Assembly: GCA_013265495.1 (NCBI GenBank)
Contig: MU058451.1
Coordinates: 665,023-729,022, forward strand
Source of the DNA: Vicugna vicugna
Taxonomy: Eukaryota
DNA: 64,000 bases
Reading direction: 5' to 3'
In this document: positions 38,600 to 51,134 of the stretch, piece by piece
Numbering within the stretch: position 1 is the stretch's first letter
Layout of the letters: every line of letters starts with the position of its first letter
Notes under the pieces: generated by a model
Told to the model about the DNA's origin: nothing
The model's database searches: none
Seen by the model: only the letters and a program-made list of their open reading frames with translations
Position numbers and translations under genes: made by a program

Positions 38600-39560
38600 C
38601 TTCTTTTAAGTATATATTTTAAATATATATAATGCATATCAGTTTATTTATATATCAGAAAAGTACAGAAAGAAAATATAAAAATGATTTGTGTTGTTTC
38701 CACTCAGACGATCCCTGTTGACATTAAAAAAAAAAACTAACACACTTGAAGTGTTGAAAACATCATTAGTAGGTATGTTTCATTAGTAGGTTTGGTATCA
38801 TTAGAAGAGAAGTGTATAAAATGGAAGATGGGACCCTTCTCCTTTTTTGCAAGATAATTCCTATTATCATTTGAGTATTTCCAGAAAAATGTGCACATTT
38901 CCACATATATGCATCAGCCTTTTTCCTTTTCACACATAAGATGTCATATGAAGCACACCGTTCTGCCCTTGTTTTTCTCTACTTCGGTATCTGGGAGCTT
39001 TTCCCCCAGTGAGCTATTCAGTTCTCTTACCTGCCCTCCTAGTATTCCATCATAAAGATATATCACAGTTTAGTTATCCTGTCGTCTATTGGAGGACACT
39101 GGGTTGTTTTCAGTTGTAGCTGGTTTGCAGTTTAATTACACTTCAGTGACTGTCCCTGTATGCATGTCTTGGGGAAGTTTTGCAAGTATATCAATAAGGT
39201 AAATTCCTAGCACAGGGCTTGCTGAGTCAGGGGTCTTAGCTTTGACAGTTACTTGATAGATCCTTCTCTACCAATTTATACCAGTTTAACACTTCCACTA
39301 AAGGCCACTTCCTATGCCCAGTTGCAGGTACTGGGTATCCTCCAACTATAAGCATTTTCAAGATTAAAAAATGGCATTGAGTGATTTTTTATTTTTCATA
39401 AATGAAGAATGTCTCTTTCTTGTTCTGATTTTATTGTGAGTGAGGCCAAACAGTTTGTCCTATATTTATTGAGCATTTGCCTTTTTTTCTTTACTGTAAA
39501 CTGTATGTTTGTATACTTTGCCCATTTTTCTATTAGATTATTTATCTTTTTCTTATTTAC
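38600..39560 (-). mobile_element. Old L1 (L1ME-like) fragments
   Basis: 'agtattccatc', 'gggttgttttcagtt', 'gtaaattcctag', 'ctttgcccatttttctattag' L1 3' motifs. Confidence 0.6.
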
Positions 39561-40226
39561 TTATGTTACTTTAAATAAATCAATATGTGGTTTTAAGGGA
39601 TATATTAAATCATATGTAATTTTAATTACATCTTGGAATAAAAACTTTGCTTAGGAGATACAGTAGATAAAAATTGTGTTTGCTAGCTCAGTATCTGTTT
39701 CCCCTTCTGAAAACAGCCCCCAGATTTTTCTTTCAGGTAACAGCGTGTTTTCACTCCACTAATTTTGGGCTTCTCTGGATCTGAACACATGATCTAGACT
39801 TGCTCACCAAATCCCTCCAACCCCCCTGGCCACAGTGCAGAGACAGAGACCCACATCTGGCCAGTGGGAGCCTTTCCATGACTTTGCCATATTTATTTGA
39901 AAAGAAGTGCTCTTTCTCCCATTCCACTGCAGTTGCTGAGAAGGATAGAAAGGATGCTGTAGGAAAAACAGAACAGTGGAACCTTAAGTCAGGAAGCAGA
40001 AGAAGGCAAGCATATAATCAATAATTGTCTCCTCTAATACCTTATAGGTAACGTTGGCTTGATTTTGGAAGTTTGATATGAAAGAAAGACCTGAAGATAT
40101 GCAAAGGCAAGTGGAAAAAATGCTATTAAGATGATTGAAATTGAGAATAATTCTGGCAGATCTGTGAGTGCCAGGCAACAGTTTATTCAAGAAGGGGAAA
40201 TATGTGCCTGTTTTGAGTAACTGCAC

Positions 40227-40877
40227 TATGTAGCAATTCCACTCTTGGGCATATATCTGGAGAAAACTCTAACTGGAAAAGATACATGCAACCCAGTGTT
40301 CCTAGCAGTACTATTTACAATAGCCAAGACATGGAAACAACCTAAATGTCCATCCACAGATGAATGGATAAAGGAGATGTGGTGTATAATATATACAATG
40401 GAATATATAGTCAACCATAAAAAAGACTGAAATATTGCCATCTACAGCAACATGGATGGACCTAGAGAAAATTAAATTAAGTGAAGTAAGTCAGACAGAG
40501 AAAGGCAAATGTATTATATCATTTACATGTAGAATCTGAAAAAAAAAGATACAAATGAACTTATTTCCAAACTGGAAATAGACTCAACAGACATAGGAAA
40601 CAAACTACGGTTACCAAAGGGGAAAAGTATGGGGGAGGAGGGATAAATTGAGAGTTTGGGGTTAACATATACACACTACTATACCTAACATAGATAAACA
40701 ACAAGGACCTACCACATAGTGCAAGGAACTAGGTTCAACATCTTATAATAACCTATAATGGAAAAGAATCTGAAAAAGAATGTATATGTATATGTATAAC
40801 TGAATCACTTTGTTGTACACCTGAAACTAACACAACATTGTAAATCAACTATATTTCCATAAAAATAAATTTAAAAA
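40227..40877 (+). mobile_element. 5'-truncated cetartiodactyl-type L1 (ORF2 end + 3'UTR + A-tail) with an ~80-bp TSD
   Basis: ORF 'FTIAKTWKQPKCPSTDEWIKEMW'; 3' 'actgaatcactttgttgtacacctgaaactaacacaacattgtaaatcaactat'; flanking repeat at 40146-40226 and 40878-40956. Confidence 0.93.
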
Positions 40878-41989
40878 AATAATCCTGGCAGAGCTGTGAA
40901 TGCCAGGCAAGTTTATTCAAGAAGGGGAAATGGGTACTTCTTTTGAGTAACTGCACCATTATCTCTATGTTGTGAAATGGCCAAATCTTAACAAAAGGCT
41001 GGTTTAATAAATATTAACCTACAGTCTAAGGGACAAACTTCCTGTACATGTGATTCAACGTGCAGGAGTCTTTTTTTTTTTTTTGGTAGAGTCACACACA
41101 TTGATAACTACAGAAGTGTTTGAAATGAAGCATGTCTCTTATTTTCATTCTCTCATTTTTTTTCTCCCTCCTTTTCTGTATTAATTGGGAATCTGGGATT
41201 TCTATTTCACCATATGTCAGAGGGTGAGGTGCTACCACATTACACATATTTTAATAGCCAGAGTCCAAGATTAAAAACATGTAAAGCCAGGACTTAAGAG
41301 CACAATTTCATAACGCTGCTTGCTTTTGGCTTTGAGCACCAGTTTATGATCATATTCCTTTTGGCAAGCCAGAAGTTTAACGTTCAATAAGAAGAGGTAA
41401 GTGGTGAAAATGTGTAAGATAAACTCATAAAATTAAGCTTCTAAAACAAGAATTAGCTAAGTGAAAAGGCATCAAATCAGCTCAGAATAAGTAAAGCTAG
41501 TAATTTATATCCACTTAAAAATGTTTTTATTTTTTTTTTCAGTGTGATAGTAGCCGGAGTGACAGATCAGCAAAATTCAAACCATATAATAAAACCAGCC
41601 ACACTGATTAAAGAGAAAAGTTTACCCAATATAGATCAAAATGATTTTCTCTCTTCAGGATAAACTCAGACCAGGACCATATGGGCTAAATTCTGACCAA
41701 CGAGCCATGGACTGAATTAAAAGGGGAGAGCTGCATTGCCTTTTCTCCCTTTGGGATTTGACTGTGAGATGAGGCTGAGGACCAAGACGGCCACCTACTT
41801 ATTGTCTTTTGTAAGTTCATCTATTTTGATGGAAGCCATTGTCCCAAATATGCCTTTCTCCTTTTGCATATTTTTTATTGCTATGTATAAAAATGACTGT
41901 AGAGTCTGGCATTATTAGGAGTGAAGCATTTTAAATATGTGAATTTTCTAAGCTACTATAGATCCAAACTTTAACATTTTAATTGTTTT

Positions 41990-42095
41990 ATTTTACTTTA
42001 TTAGGGAGGAGGTTTAGAGGAGGTACTGGGGATTGAACCCAGGACCTTGTGCATGCTAAGCATGCGCTCTACCACTGAGCTGTACCCTCCCCCCC
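41990..42095 (-). mobile_element. Camelid Vic-1-type tRNA-Ala-derived SINE
   Basis: Minus strand reads GGGAGGGTACAGCTCAGTGGTAGAGCGCATGCTTAGCATGCACAAGGTCCTGGGTTCAATCCCCAGTACCTCC + A-rich tail; TSD acattttaatt(g/a)tttt at 41974-41989 and 42096-42111. Confidence 0.9.
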
Positions 42096-42479
42096 ACATT
42101 TTAATTATTTTGAAGAGAACGTTTTCTAAGGGATATTTTCACTTTCCTGATATTTTCACTTTACTAGGACTTATTATTGTTCTTTGTGTCAATATAATTC
42201 TGTGTCCACGTAACAGCCCTCAGGTCAGACTGTCAACGTTTGCTGGCCAGCCATTGTTGGTGCATCCAAGAGCCACCCTTACTTTTTCTAGTTTAAATCC
42301 TCAAATATGAAGTGGTGAATATACCTGTAAATCAGTTAGGGAACATATTTTTACAGCAAATTTTGGGCCACAATGTGTTAGTATACCACGGAGAGGGTTC
42401 CTATGCGGAGCATGTAGTTGAATTAGACGACCTAAAAGGGCTTCAGTGACTGGTCCTTCAATACTTGGTAAGTAGAATT

Positions 42480-42790
42480 CTTTCCCATTTCCTAGACTAG
42501 TTTCCTTCCTCCTTGTTGCCTGGCTACTTCTTGTTCATTCCTTTGCTCTTAGCTACTTCCTGTGAGGGACCCTCCGTGACTGCTCGGCTAGGTCTCCTTG
42601 TGCACTCGTAACACGTGGACTGCCTGCATCGTCACTTAGTGTGTCACATTTTACTGTCATTTCTTGTGTGATGTCTGTGTTTCTTGGTAGAGGCCAGACA
42701 GGCTGGCATTGTGCACACTAAGGTTTCCCTAGAAGAAGCACACAGTGCTCTGAACATAGTAGGTGTTTTACAAATATTTGTTTAATGAAT
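42480..42790 (+). mobile_element. L2 3'-end fragment
   Basis: 'cacagtgctctgaacatagtaggtgttttacaaatatttgtttaatgaatg' L2 terminus. Confidence 0.65.
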
Positions 42791-43587
42791 GGTTGAACGC
42801 TTTGTCCTTAAGTTGAAGTTACTGTAATCCCTGCCTCACTGGGCCACATGGCTAGAGTGAAGGCCCTCCAGGGCCCAAGAACAGTCACAATGGCAACAAA
42901 ATGCTGTGATACCTTTGTCTTCAGAGAAAGAGTAGCTTATGCTACAAACTTTGGTGTGTAAGAAATGTCACTTTAAATTTTATATGGATGAAATTACTTC
43001 TATTTTCTAAGTTTTCTTCCTGCTCTGCTAGTGGTAGGGCATTTAAAACTCCATCATTATGGAGGCTCGTTTCCTTTTCATGGTTGTACCAAGAATCTGG
43101 AGGGCTTATATGGTTGGTACCTGGAGAAGCAGAGGACCTCTAATCTTCAGTCCACCATTGTTGCCACTGCTATTGTAATCATTCAGACCCATACACACTG
43201 CTTCAAAGGTAGGCTTCTTGGCTGTCAGCAGCTCAAGCAGGACCCAGGGAAATTTCTCTGCCCTCATAGTCATCACCTCTGAAATCCTGTCCCCATCCTG
43301 TGGGGTCTGAATCATCTCTGCTCCTTGTCCTGTGAAATCTCTCTCTTAATTCTGTTGAAAACATTTGCTTGCTCCCTTCTTTCCTAGCCCAGTCATCTCA
43401 AATAGTTCTTGTAAAGAATGATTCTGTAAAACAAAAGCCAGGAAAGGTGGTGAGCTCTAAGCAGTTTCTGCTCTATTCTGCAATAAAAACTCCTCAAAAG
43501 AGAGGGTGCCCAGAGGCCTAGCTATTTGCTTAAAATGAGGAAAGGGAAAGAACAAAATATAAATGAATAACAACAAAATTATCCTGT

Positions 43588-43977
43588 ATTATTATGGACT
43601 GAATTGTGTCCCAGCAGAATACATACGTTGAAGTCCTAACCGCTGCCCCATGTAACCGTTTTTGGAGATAGGGTCTTTAGCAGGTAATTAAGGTCATAAT
43701 GATGGGGCCCTAATCCAACATGATTAATGTCTTTAGAAGAAGGGATTTCTGATTTAAAGGAAGGGATATCTGAGCTCTCGCTCTCTCTCCTCTATGTAAG
43801 GATACAGCAAGAAGGCAGCTGTCTGCAAACCAGGAAGAAGGCTCTTACCGGGAACAGAATCTGCTGATACCTTGATCTTGGATTTCCAGCTTCCAAAACG
43901 GTGAGAAAGTAAGTTTCTGTTGTTTAAGCCATCCAGTCTGTGGTGTTTTGTTACTGCAGCTCAAGATGGTGAAGATA
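43588..43977 (+). mobile_element. MLT1A/MLT1B-type MaLR solo LTR
   Basis: 'tatggactgaattgtgtccc...gttgaagtcctaacc...accttgatcttggatttccagcttccaaaacggtgagaaa...tttctgttgtttaagccatccagtctgtgg'. Confidence 0.88.
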
Positions 43978-44031
43978 AGTACTTCATGTTGACTGCATGT
44001 TCCCACCCAACAGAGCTACTGGAATGCCCAG

Positions 44032-44470
44032 CAGAACCATTCCATCCATTAGGCACCTAAGACACACTGCGGAACTTAAACCATGTATTTAAGAGCCTAT
44101 GCAACCATTGAGAACTGAAAAAATACAGTAATTGGTTCAAAATAAGAAAACCACAAAACTGAAATTAGTAACATGTTTAATGAAAGGTCTATAAAATGTA
44201 ACATCATGCCCTTCATTAATTGCTAAATTTAGAATCCATAACAATGTTATTACATGTGAAAATAATTTATAGGTTCGATTCTTCTCATATCACCAAATAT
44301 TCACCATGATTTCTGAGAAAGTATATGTAATAGTAAATTGAGTTATGTATAGAAAATTTTTCAAAAACAAAATTATTTGCTTTTTCAAAGCAAAATGATA
44401 CTTAATATGGGGATGTGAGAACATTTTAATAGGTTTTATTTGGTATGAGATGAAATCCCTGAATTTCTAA
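44032..44470. mobile_element. Probable hAT-Tip100-type DNA transposon relic (family uncertain)
   Basis: Start 'cagaaccattccatccattaggcacctaagacacactgc' followed by an AT-rich interior. Confidence 0.4.
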
Positions 44471-44519
44471 AATTTGCCTGTGCCTCCAGCTCTCTCACTT
44501 CCCTTGGCAGTGTCCTGGG

Positions 44520-44985
44520 ACCTCTCTGTTTGAGAATGTGATGTAATTCTGACACCGACTGCCTGGAATTAGCACAGACTTCTCAGGTTAAGGATGCCCT
44601 CAAACAACACTGCCATCACTTCAGACACCAGCCACCAGCTTTGGGGCTTTCCAGACCACCTGTACTTCTGACCAGCTGGCTACAAATATGGGGGTTCCCA
44701 CTCCCCATCTCAAGTTTGGTAATTTGCTAGAATGACTCATAGAATTCAGGAAAGTACTATAGTTATGATTACAATGTTATCACCAAGGATACAAAACAAG
44801 CCAAATGAAGAGATCCATAGGGTGAGATCTGGGATGGTCCCAAACATGAAGCTTCTGTGTCTTTAGTATGCATTACCCTCCTGGCACACCAGTGTATATC
44901 ACCAACCAGGAAACTCACCTGAACTTCAGGTGTCCAGAGTTTCCGCTGGAGTTTCATTATGTTTACATGTGGTTTTTCTGGCATG
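44520..44985 (-). mobile_element. MER21-family ERVL LTR fragment
   Basis: 'aattctgacacc...cacttcagacaccagcc...cttctgaccagctggctacaaat...aatttgctagaatgactcatagaattcaggaaa...accaaccaggaaactcacc'. Confidence 0.8.
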
Positions 44986-45019
44986 GCCAGATCCCAAAAC
45001 TCAGTAATGGTCCAATAGT

Positions 45020-45720
45020 AGAAGTGCTTATTGACCAATCTCCATTTAATTATCTGGATTACTGGAAGCTTGCCATTATCTCTACAAATAAGTAACACTC
45101 ACTGATGCTTCTGATACACTGAAAGCTAACTGTAGGTAACATGCTTTTTCCTGGTACTCCTGGGTACATCTACTCCCATTGGGTGATTTACATGTTTTCC
45201 TGGAGTTGGCTGAGTTTATCTGAAATTTCTGCATGCCAGTCATATTGGTATTGCCATTAAGTTATTTAATTGAATATTATGTTAACGTTTTAAATGGGAG
45301 TGCTAAAACCAAGTTGAATACTTTAAAAAAGCTTGATAAAGGTGTTTGCTAAAAGAAATTGCTGTTAAATTAGGTGTAAGACAACTGTAAAAGACTCAAA
45401 ATAAATGACAAAATTCTAAAGTTTTTCTGCCCTCAGATTGCTTTGAAAAGGTCCTTAATTTTCTAATTTAAAGAAATTGAAATGGAAAATCATAGACAAT
45501 GTATTCATGCATTGTAGATGTGGTTATATAAGAAAGATTTGGAATTCTAATCAAGGCCCATTCTCACAGAGAAACCATTAGTCCAACAATGACAAAAAAT
45601 ACAAATTTGTGTAGATTTATGTATTTTTAAGAAAATAATATAAAATTATGTTTTATGAATGTGGTAATTTTTTATGATTGTATGCTTTAGTTAGCTTTTT
45701 CTATTTACTAACCAACTACT
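45020..45720 (+). mobile_element. Ancient TcMar-Tigger relic with a degenerate transposase N-terminal (CENP-B-type HTH) region
   Basis: 'aaaaccaagttgaatactttaaaaaagcttgataaagg...aaattgctgttaaattaggtgt...agacaactgtaaaagac' reads roughly KLNTLKKLDKG...IAVKLGV..TTVKD, with frameshifts. Confidence 0.6.
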
Positions 45721-47727
45721 ATGAAATGAGACATGTTGTCTAAATAATCTTGGTGGTCTGTCAGTTTAACATTCTGGGATTTTAAATACTACTTAAGCAG
45801 AAATGACTTTTACAGTGCTCAGATTGAATAGCCTTTGTGGGGATCTGCTTAAGCAGGTGAGACCTAAGTGACGTCACCATAGTGAGCTTTTGATGGCATC
45901 TAATTTCCTATTATCATAAAAAAGACTGAAATGGACAATCCTTGTACATTGTATTTGAACAATGATTCTGACATTTTTGAGAAGTTATCTATTTTGAAGG
46001 TGTGAACATAACCTCTAAGGACGAGCCACAGAGAAATCATTATCTCTTTTCCTTTCTCTCCTCTGCCTCTTCCCCCGCTTTTTCTTTCTAAATTACTTTC
46101 CTGTAGAGAATTGAAGACAAAGATACAAGGACAAATCTGGTAAGAATTTTATTTTTTAGGTTATCATTTTATACCTTTGCTGAGTACACTGTGACATCAT
46201 GCACAAATATTATTTTAAGAAAGCTAATAAAAATGATTCAAAATGATCTATAATTCTTCTTCCCAAGTAGACATTTTATTAAGCTGAAGCTAATTTTATA
46301 GTCATATTAATATTGAAGCCTAGTAAATAGAGTAGAAATCAAAAGATTAGAGGGAAACTAATTAATATGGGAGAAATTCCATTTGTCAAGTAACAGACAA
46401 ACTTCATTACAGACCAAGTAATAATACAAGTCACAATAGAATTCTTATGTTTTGCAAAGGTTATGGAAAAGTGAACTTATGTTAAATAATTAATATAGGG
46501 AGGCTATATGGAAAAAATAGTGATTTTTGGGGTTAATAAAATTAGAATGAAATGCTTGTTCTGCCATTTACTCTCATCTAAGCTTGAAGAACTCAACCTT
46601 TCTTTGTCTTGGTTTTCTCATCCATAAAAAAGGAACAAAAACACCAACCTTGCAGGGCACTAAACGGTGAATTATAAATCTTGTTTCTCCACTGTATATT
46701 GTGGAATTGGAGACATGCTCTACTGAAAACTTTTCCACTCTATTAAAGTGTTCAAAATCTCATACATGTTAGGGGAAAAAATACATATGTTTTTCCTGTC
46801 CAGAGCAAGGGGCATCCTTAAAGACTGTATGAACCTGGCCAGCAGTGAATCAACTTCTCTCTTGTAAGAATTCAAACTGGGAGCCATAGGTTTGTAGACA
46901 GTAGGCTTTTGAATGAAAGGGGACAAAGAGGTTAGCCACCTTGTTGGGTCAAGTGGAAGCTAATTATTATGCAGAGAAAGATGAACTATAGATAAAGGAG
47001 TTATGTAAGATACTGAGATGACTCCATTCTGAATATTGTTTTAAATACTTCCTTACATTAGCCCCGCTTACAGATAATGAAATCAAGGAAACTGAGTTAA
47101 TAAGAGGTAGACCTAACTTCAGGCAGTCTCAGTTGGAGTCTAAACTCTAAACCATTCTATTCCATCATCACCAATAGCATGTAGATGAGGCACGGGAAGA
47201 GGAGCCTTGATTCTAGTCCAGTGCCTGTGAGACCCTGCTGGGCACAGAGCTCCTCTTACAGATTTCTTTGGTGCTTGTTGTCCAAGAGCACAAGTTTATG
47301 ATAAGAAAGTGATTTAGTAGATCCTTATTTTTCCTTAAGATTTTTTTTCCCCTTGATGGTCACCAGTTTTGGAATTTGGGGAAAATAAGGAAGAGTGCAG
47401 ACTACCCAGAAGAGCAGTAGAGCTGCCTAAGAGCAATTCTGTTGGGTCTCACACAGGGAACAATTCCAGGTAGGTTGGGGGAACCCACCCAGAAGTGCGT
47501 AGGGCCCAGTAAGGCAGCCTGTGGGGAGTGTTGCTTAACTGGCCTGTCCTTGGCACCAGAATCTTGCCTGCAAGCAAGAGTCTGAAATCATTGGATCTGG
47601 ATATTTTAATAAAATGACATCTAGAGGGGTTTTACATTTTGCTTTTATTAAGACAACAAAGGATAAGAAGAAAATAAATTTATGCTATGAAATGGAGAAT
47701 TATATGCTATTTAAAGACAATATACAG

Positions 47728-47900
47728 CAACGTATTGCAAACTGTGTTCTGAAGAAAACTTATTTAGGGAGATACTTATTGAAACCAGGCTTCTTGGTTT
47801 AAGTAAATTGAGGAAACACTGGGTTAAAGTTAAGCATTTCTCTTTAGTCAGGCCTTTGCTATGTTACTGTGAATCCTGAAGCTCCAAGGCGACCACAGTA
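47728..47900. mobile_element. hAT-Charlie relic (MER112/MER113-like), truncated by the adjacent L1
   Basis: 'caaactgtgttctgaagaaaac...aagtaaattgaggaaacactgggttaaag'. Confidence 0.5.
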
Positions 47901-47902
47901 TA

Positions 47903-48417
47903 CTTTCCTTTTCTCCACACCCTCTCCAGCATTTATCGTTTATGGACTTTTGAATGCTGGCCTGGTGTGAGGTGATATCTCATTGTAGTTTTGATTTGCA
48001 TTTCTTTGATAATTAGTGATATTGAGCATTTTTTTTATGTGCTTATAGGTCATTCGTATTTCTTTTTTGAAAAATTGCTTCTTTAGGTCTTCTGCCCATT
48101 TTTGGATTGGGTTCTTTGCTTTTTTCTTATTAAGTTGTGTGAGCTGTTTATATATTCCAGGGATTAAACCTTTGTCAGTCTCATCGTTTGGAAATATTTT
48201 GTCCCATTCTATAGGTTGTCTTTTTGTTTTGCTTATGGTTTTCTTTGCTATGGAAAAACATCTAAGTTTAATTAGGTCCCATTTGTTTATTTTTGCTTTT
48301 ATTTTTATTGCTTGGGTAGACTGCCCTAGGAGAACATGGCTGAGATTTATGTTGGATAACGTTTTGCTTATGTTTCCTTCTAAGAGGTTTCTAGCGTCTT
48401 GTCTTATGTTTAAGCCC
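47903..48417 (-). mobile_element. Comparatively young L1 ORF2 internal fragment lacking 3'UTR, poly(A) and TSD
   Basis: ORF 47940-48428: 'KAKINKWDLIKLRCFSIAKKTISKTKRQPIEWDKIFPNDETDKGLI...NPIQKWAEDL'. Confidence 0.92.
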
Positions 48418-49169
48418 TGTAAGAACATCCTGGAGAGATACCAAGGGACCTGCTTAAGGAGTGTGGGTTTCTTCCTGTGGGCAAAAGAGTTCCTTTAAGA
48501 TGTTTGACCAAGTGATATATTATTCAAGGCTGGGCTTTAGGAAGATTAAGATGAGGATGGTATATTTGGCTGGATTGCTACAGAAGAGTGAGTGAAAGAG
48601 TTAGAACAGGCATTTGGGGGGTCATAATTGCCATTTCAAAAATAAATATAGGGCAAATCCATTAATAACTACTGCAATGGTTATAGTAAAAATGATCAGG
48701 GTGTTTTGCCTTAGTATCAATTTCTTAATATCTAGGAGTGGGCATGGGCAGGGGGTGTGGTAGGATGATGTGGGCTATCATGAAAATGGGGACAGTCTCC
48801 CTTTATAGAGTCTTAGGTCTGCTCTGCTTCCTCTGTCTTAGCCATTTACCATTTCTCCATCTACTTTTGGTCTTTATATTGTGGTACAGATTTCTCTTAT
48901 TTGCTATGTTACTTGGCTGTGATTTTTAAAAGGAGAAAGGATGGAAATACCTTTTGGCCACCATCTTGAACAACACAATCCCTGGGATAGGCAGCTGGAA
49001 CATTACCTCAGTAAGTAGTTATAACCACTCTCTGAAGCAAGGATTACCCCTTACTATAGATGAGAAAATTGAGTAGGAATATACAGCTGATCAGAGGTGG
49101 AAGGAAAATCCAAACCCAAGTCTATTTGACTCTAGGCTTGCTGCTTTAGGGTCATGGGACTGTATGTAC

Positions 49170-49900
49170 ATTTCTATTATATCTGTTCAAAAGTCTTCAG
49201 TGGCTTACCACTTCTCTCCAAGGATAAACCAGATCATTGCAATGGACTGCAAGGCCTTACATGATCTGCCACTTTCTCCCATTACTCTTTGATCAAATAT
49301 CTTACCACTCCCTCTCATCTTCCTCCACTTTTACGTTGGCCTCTTTGTAATTCCTTATGCCAACCAGTCAGGCTCCCACCTTTGGGCCTTTGCACTAGCC
49401 TTTCCTGCACTGTGGAACACCCTTACCCATAAATACTGCTTTGTGATGACCTCACCTCCTTTAGGTCTGTACTCAAATCTTCATCTTTATATTTGGGACT
49501 GTCCTGATAATTCTATTTATTTATATTTATTTATTTAGGGGGAGGTAATTAAGTTAATCTATTTATTTACTTTTAGAGGAGGTACTGGGAATTGAACCGA
49601 GGACCTCGTGCATGCTAAGCATGCGCTCTACCTTTTAGCACCCTGTAAGAAAGGGAAACACACACAGAGAGAAAGGGAGTTATATCCTCCCTCCTCCCCT
49701 GATAATCCTATTTAAATCGCAGCCTACCTCCCCACTCCCTCATTCCCAAACCCTCTTGCTCTGCTCTATTTTTTTCGCAGCACTCATCATCATCTTCTGT
49801 ACTATAGTTTACTTTTTTAAAAAAAATTATGTTTATCATGTGTTTCTCCTGAGTAGAATGGAGGCACAGTTTTTGTCCTTTGTTGATTGTCCACTGAAAA
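49170..49900 (+). mobile_element. L2 fragment interrupted by the Vic-1-type SINE
   Basis: 'tcaaaagtcttcagtggctt...caaggccttacatgatctgcc...gggcctttgcactagc...tttctcctgagtagaatg'. Confidence 0.75.
49520..49697 (-). mobile_element. Camelid Vic-1-type SINE disrupted in its A-box region by a templated insertion
   Basis: 'ggaggtactgggaattgaaccgaggacctcgtgcatgctaagcatgcgctctacc[insert]gagttatatcctccc'; TSD cctgataat(t/c)ctattta at 49503-49519 and 49698-49714. Confidence 0.92.
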
Positions 49901-51134
49901 TGTCAAGCATTAGAAAATAGCATCTAGAAACCTAGCAAACATGCAAAAAAACCATCGAATGAATTATTTTTCCTACTTTTGTATCTCCCATAGTTCATTC
50001 GAAAAATACTTGGAGTGCGATAAAAGTCATGTCACAGCTAGAATGTCTCTTCACACATTCTCCTGGGAAGACATTAAAGAATGTACAAGCTGTGGAAATA
50101 GGCTGGATTTCTTCATTTCAGATGTAAAATGAAGATATGAGGTATATGAGCTACCAGTTAGTCAGATATTCTTTGTTACAAGTTCAAGAAAAATGATTAA
50201 GACCTGAAAGTTTGATATCTATATTATTTTAATTAGTTGAGCAGATTTTAATTGCCTGGTAGTTTTTAATGACTCAGTGTTATGCACTGCTTTTATGTAC
50301 AGTGATTTCAATGGGAAGACAAAGTAGAGTTGTCTCTAGCATCAGAAACAAAACTTAAATTGAATACAATGTCACAGCATTCCAGAGTTCTACCTTTGAA
50401 CGTGTGCACTAAAGAATGGGGGCTGGTTGGGGCTGTTGCTAAAAGAAGAATTTACAAAATATACTTTAGGTCATTTGGTGAGCTAGAATCTCTACCTCCC
50501 TCCCTGGCCTCCAACCATTGAATCCCTGTGAAGAGCCTACGTTACCTGTAACTGAGCTACTTTCAATAAAAAATTGCTAGATTAAACAATGGTCAGCAAA
50601 GCCAAGATGCTGCCTTCATTGAAGTAGCATTAAAGCTGCACTCTGAACTTCAGACTTCAAAAGAGCCCTTTTTCTCATAGTTCGTAATAACAAAGGTTTC
50701 TAGGCACAACCTTTTAGCACCCTGTATAGTTCTCAGTACTTCATAGCTCCTCAAATTTAATTGAAATCGCACTCTCTAATCATCCAATTTCTACACAAAG
50801 CGCATCTCAACTGAGGGCCTCCTGTGGACCTGCGGGCATTTAGCATGCTCTTTGGTGACCGTACTTCCTCTCTGAGTGATTACAGGTAATGGGTTCAACT
50901 GTCTCAAGGAGGACTCTGCTTTTAAGCCTCCAATTGTACTGATAGTTTGCCCCCAACCTCACCCCCACCTCATAACATAATGCTTCCTAAACTGAAATGG
51001 AAAATGAGTACTTCCCTACCGAGCTTAAGATGTGAGCCACAATTTAGTTCTTGAGGGTCAGAGTCAGATGCAAACATCTCAAGTTTCTTTAAAGGACTGG
51101 AAATAATATGAATAACTTTTCGTCCATTTTTGGT

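Noticed and set aside
42018..42095. tRNA-Ala(AGC) gene
   Set aside because: It has an A-rich tail, a 16-bp TSD, an altered acceptor stem and a second dispersed copy, so it is a SINE rather than a tRNA gene.
47940..48428. 162-aa ORF as a host gene or active retroelement
   Set aside because: It is a frameshifted fragment of L1 ORF2p.
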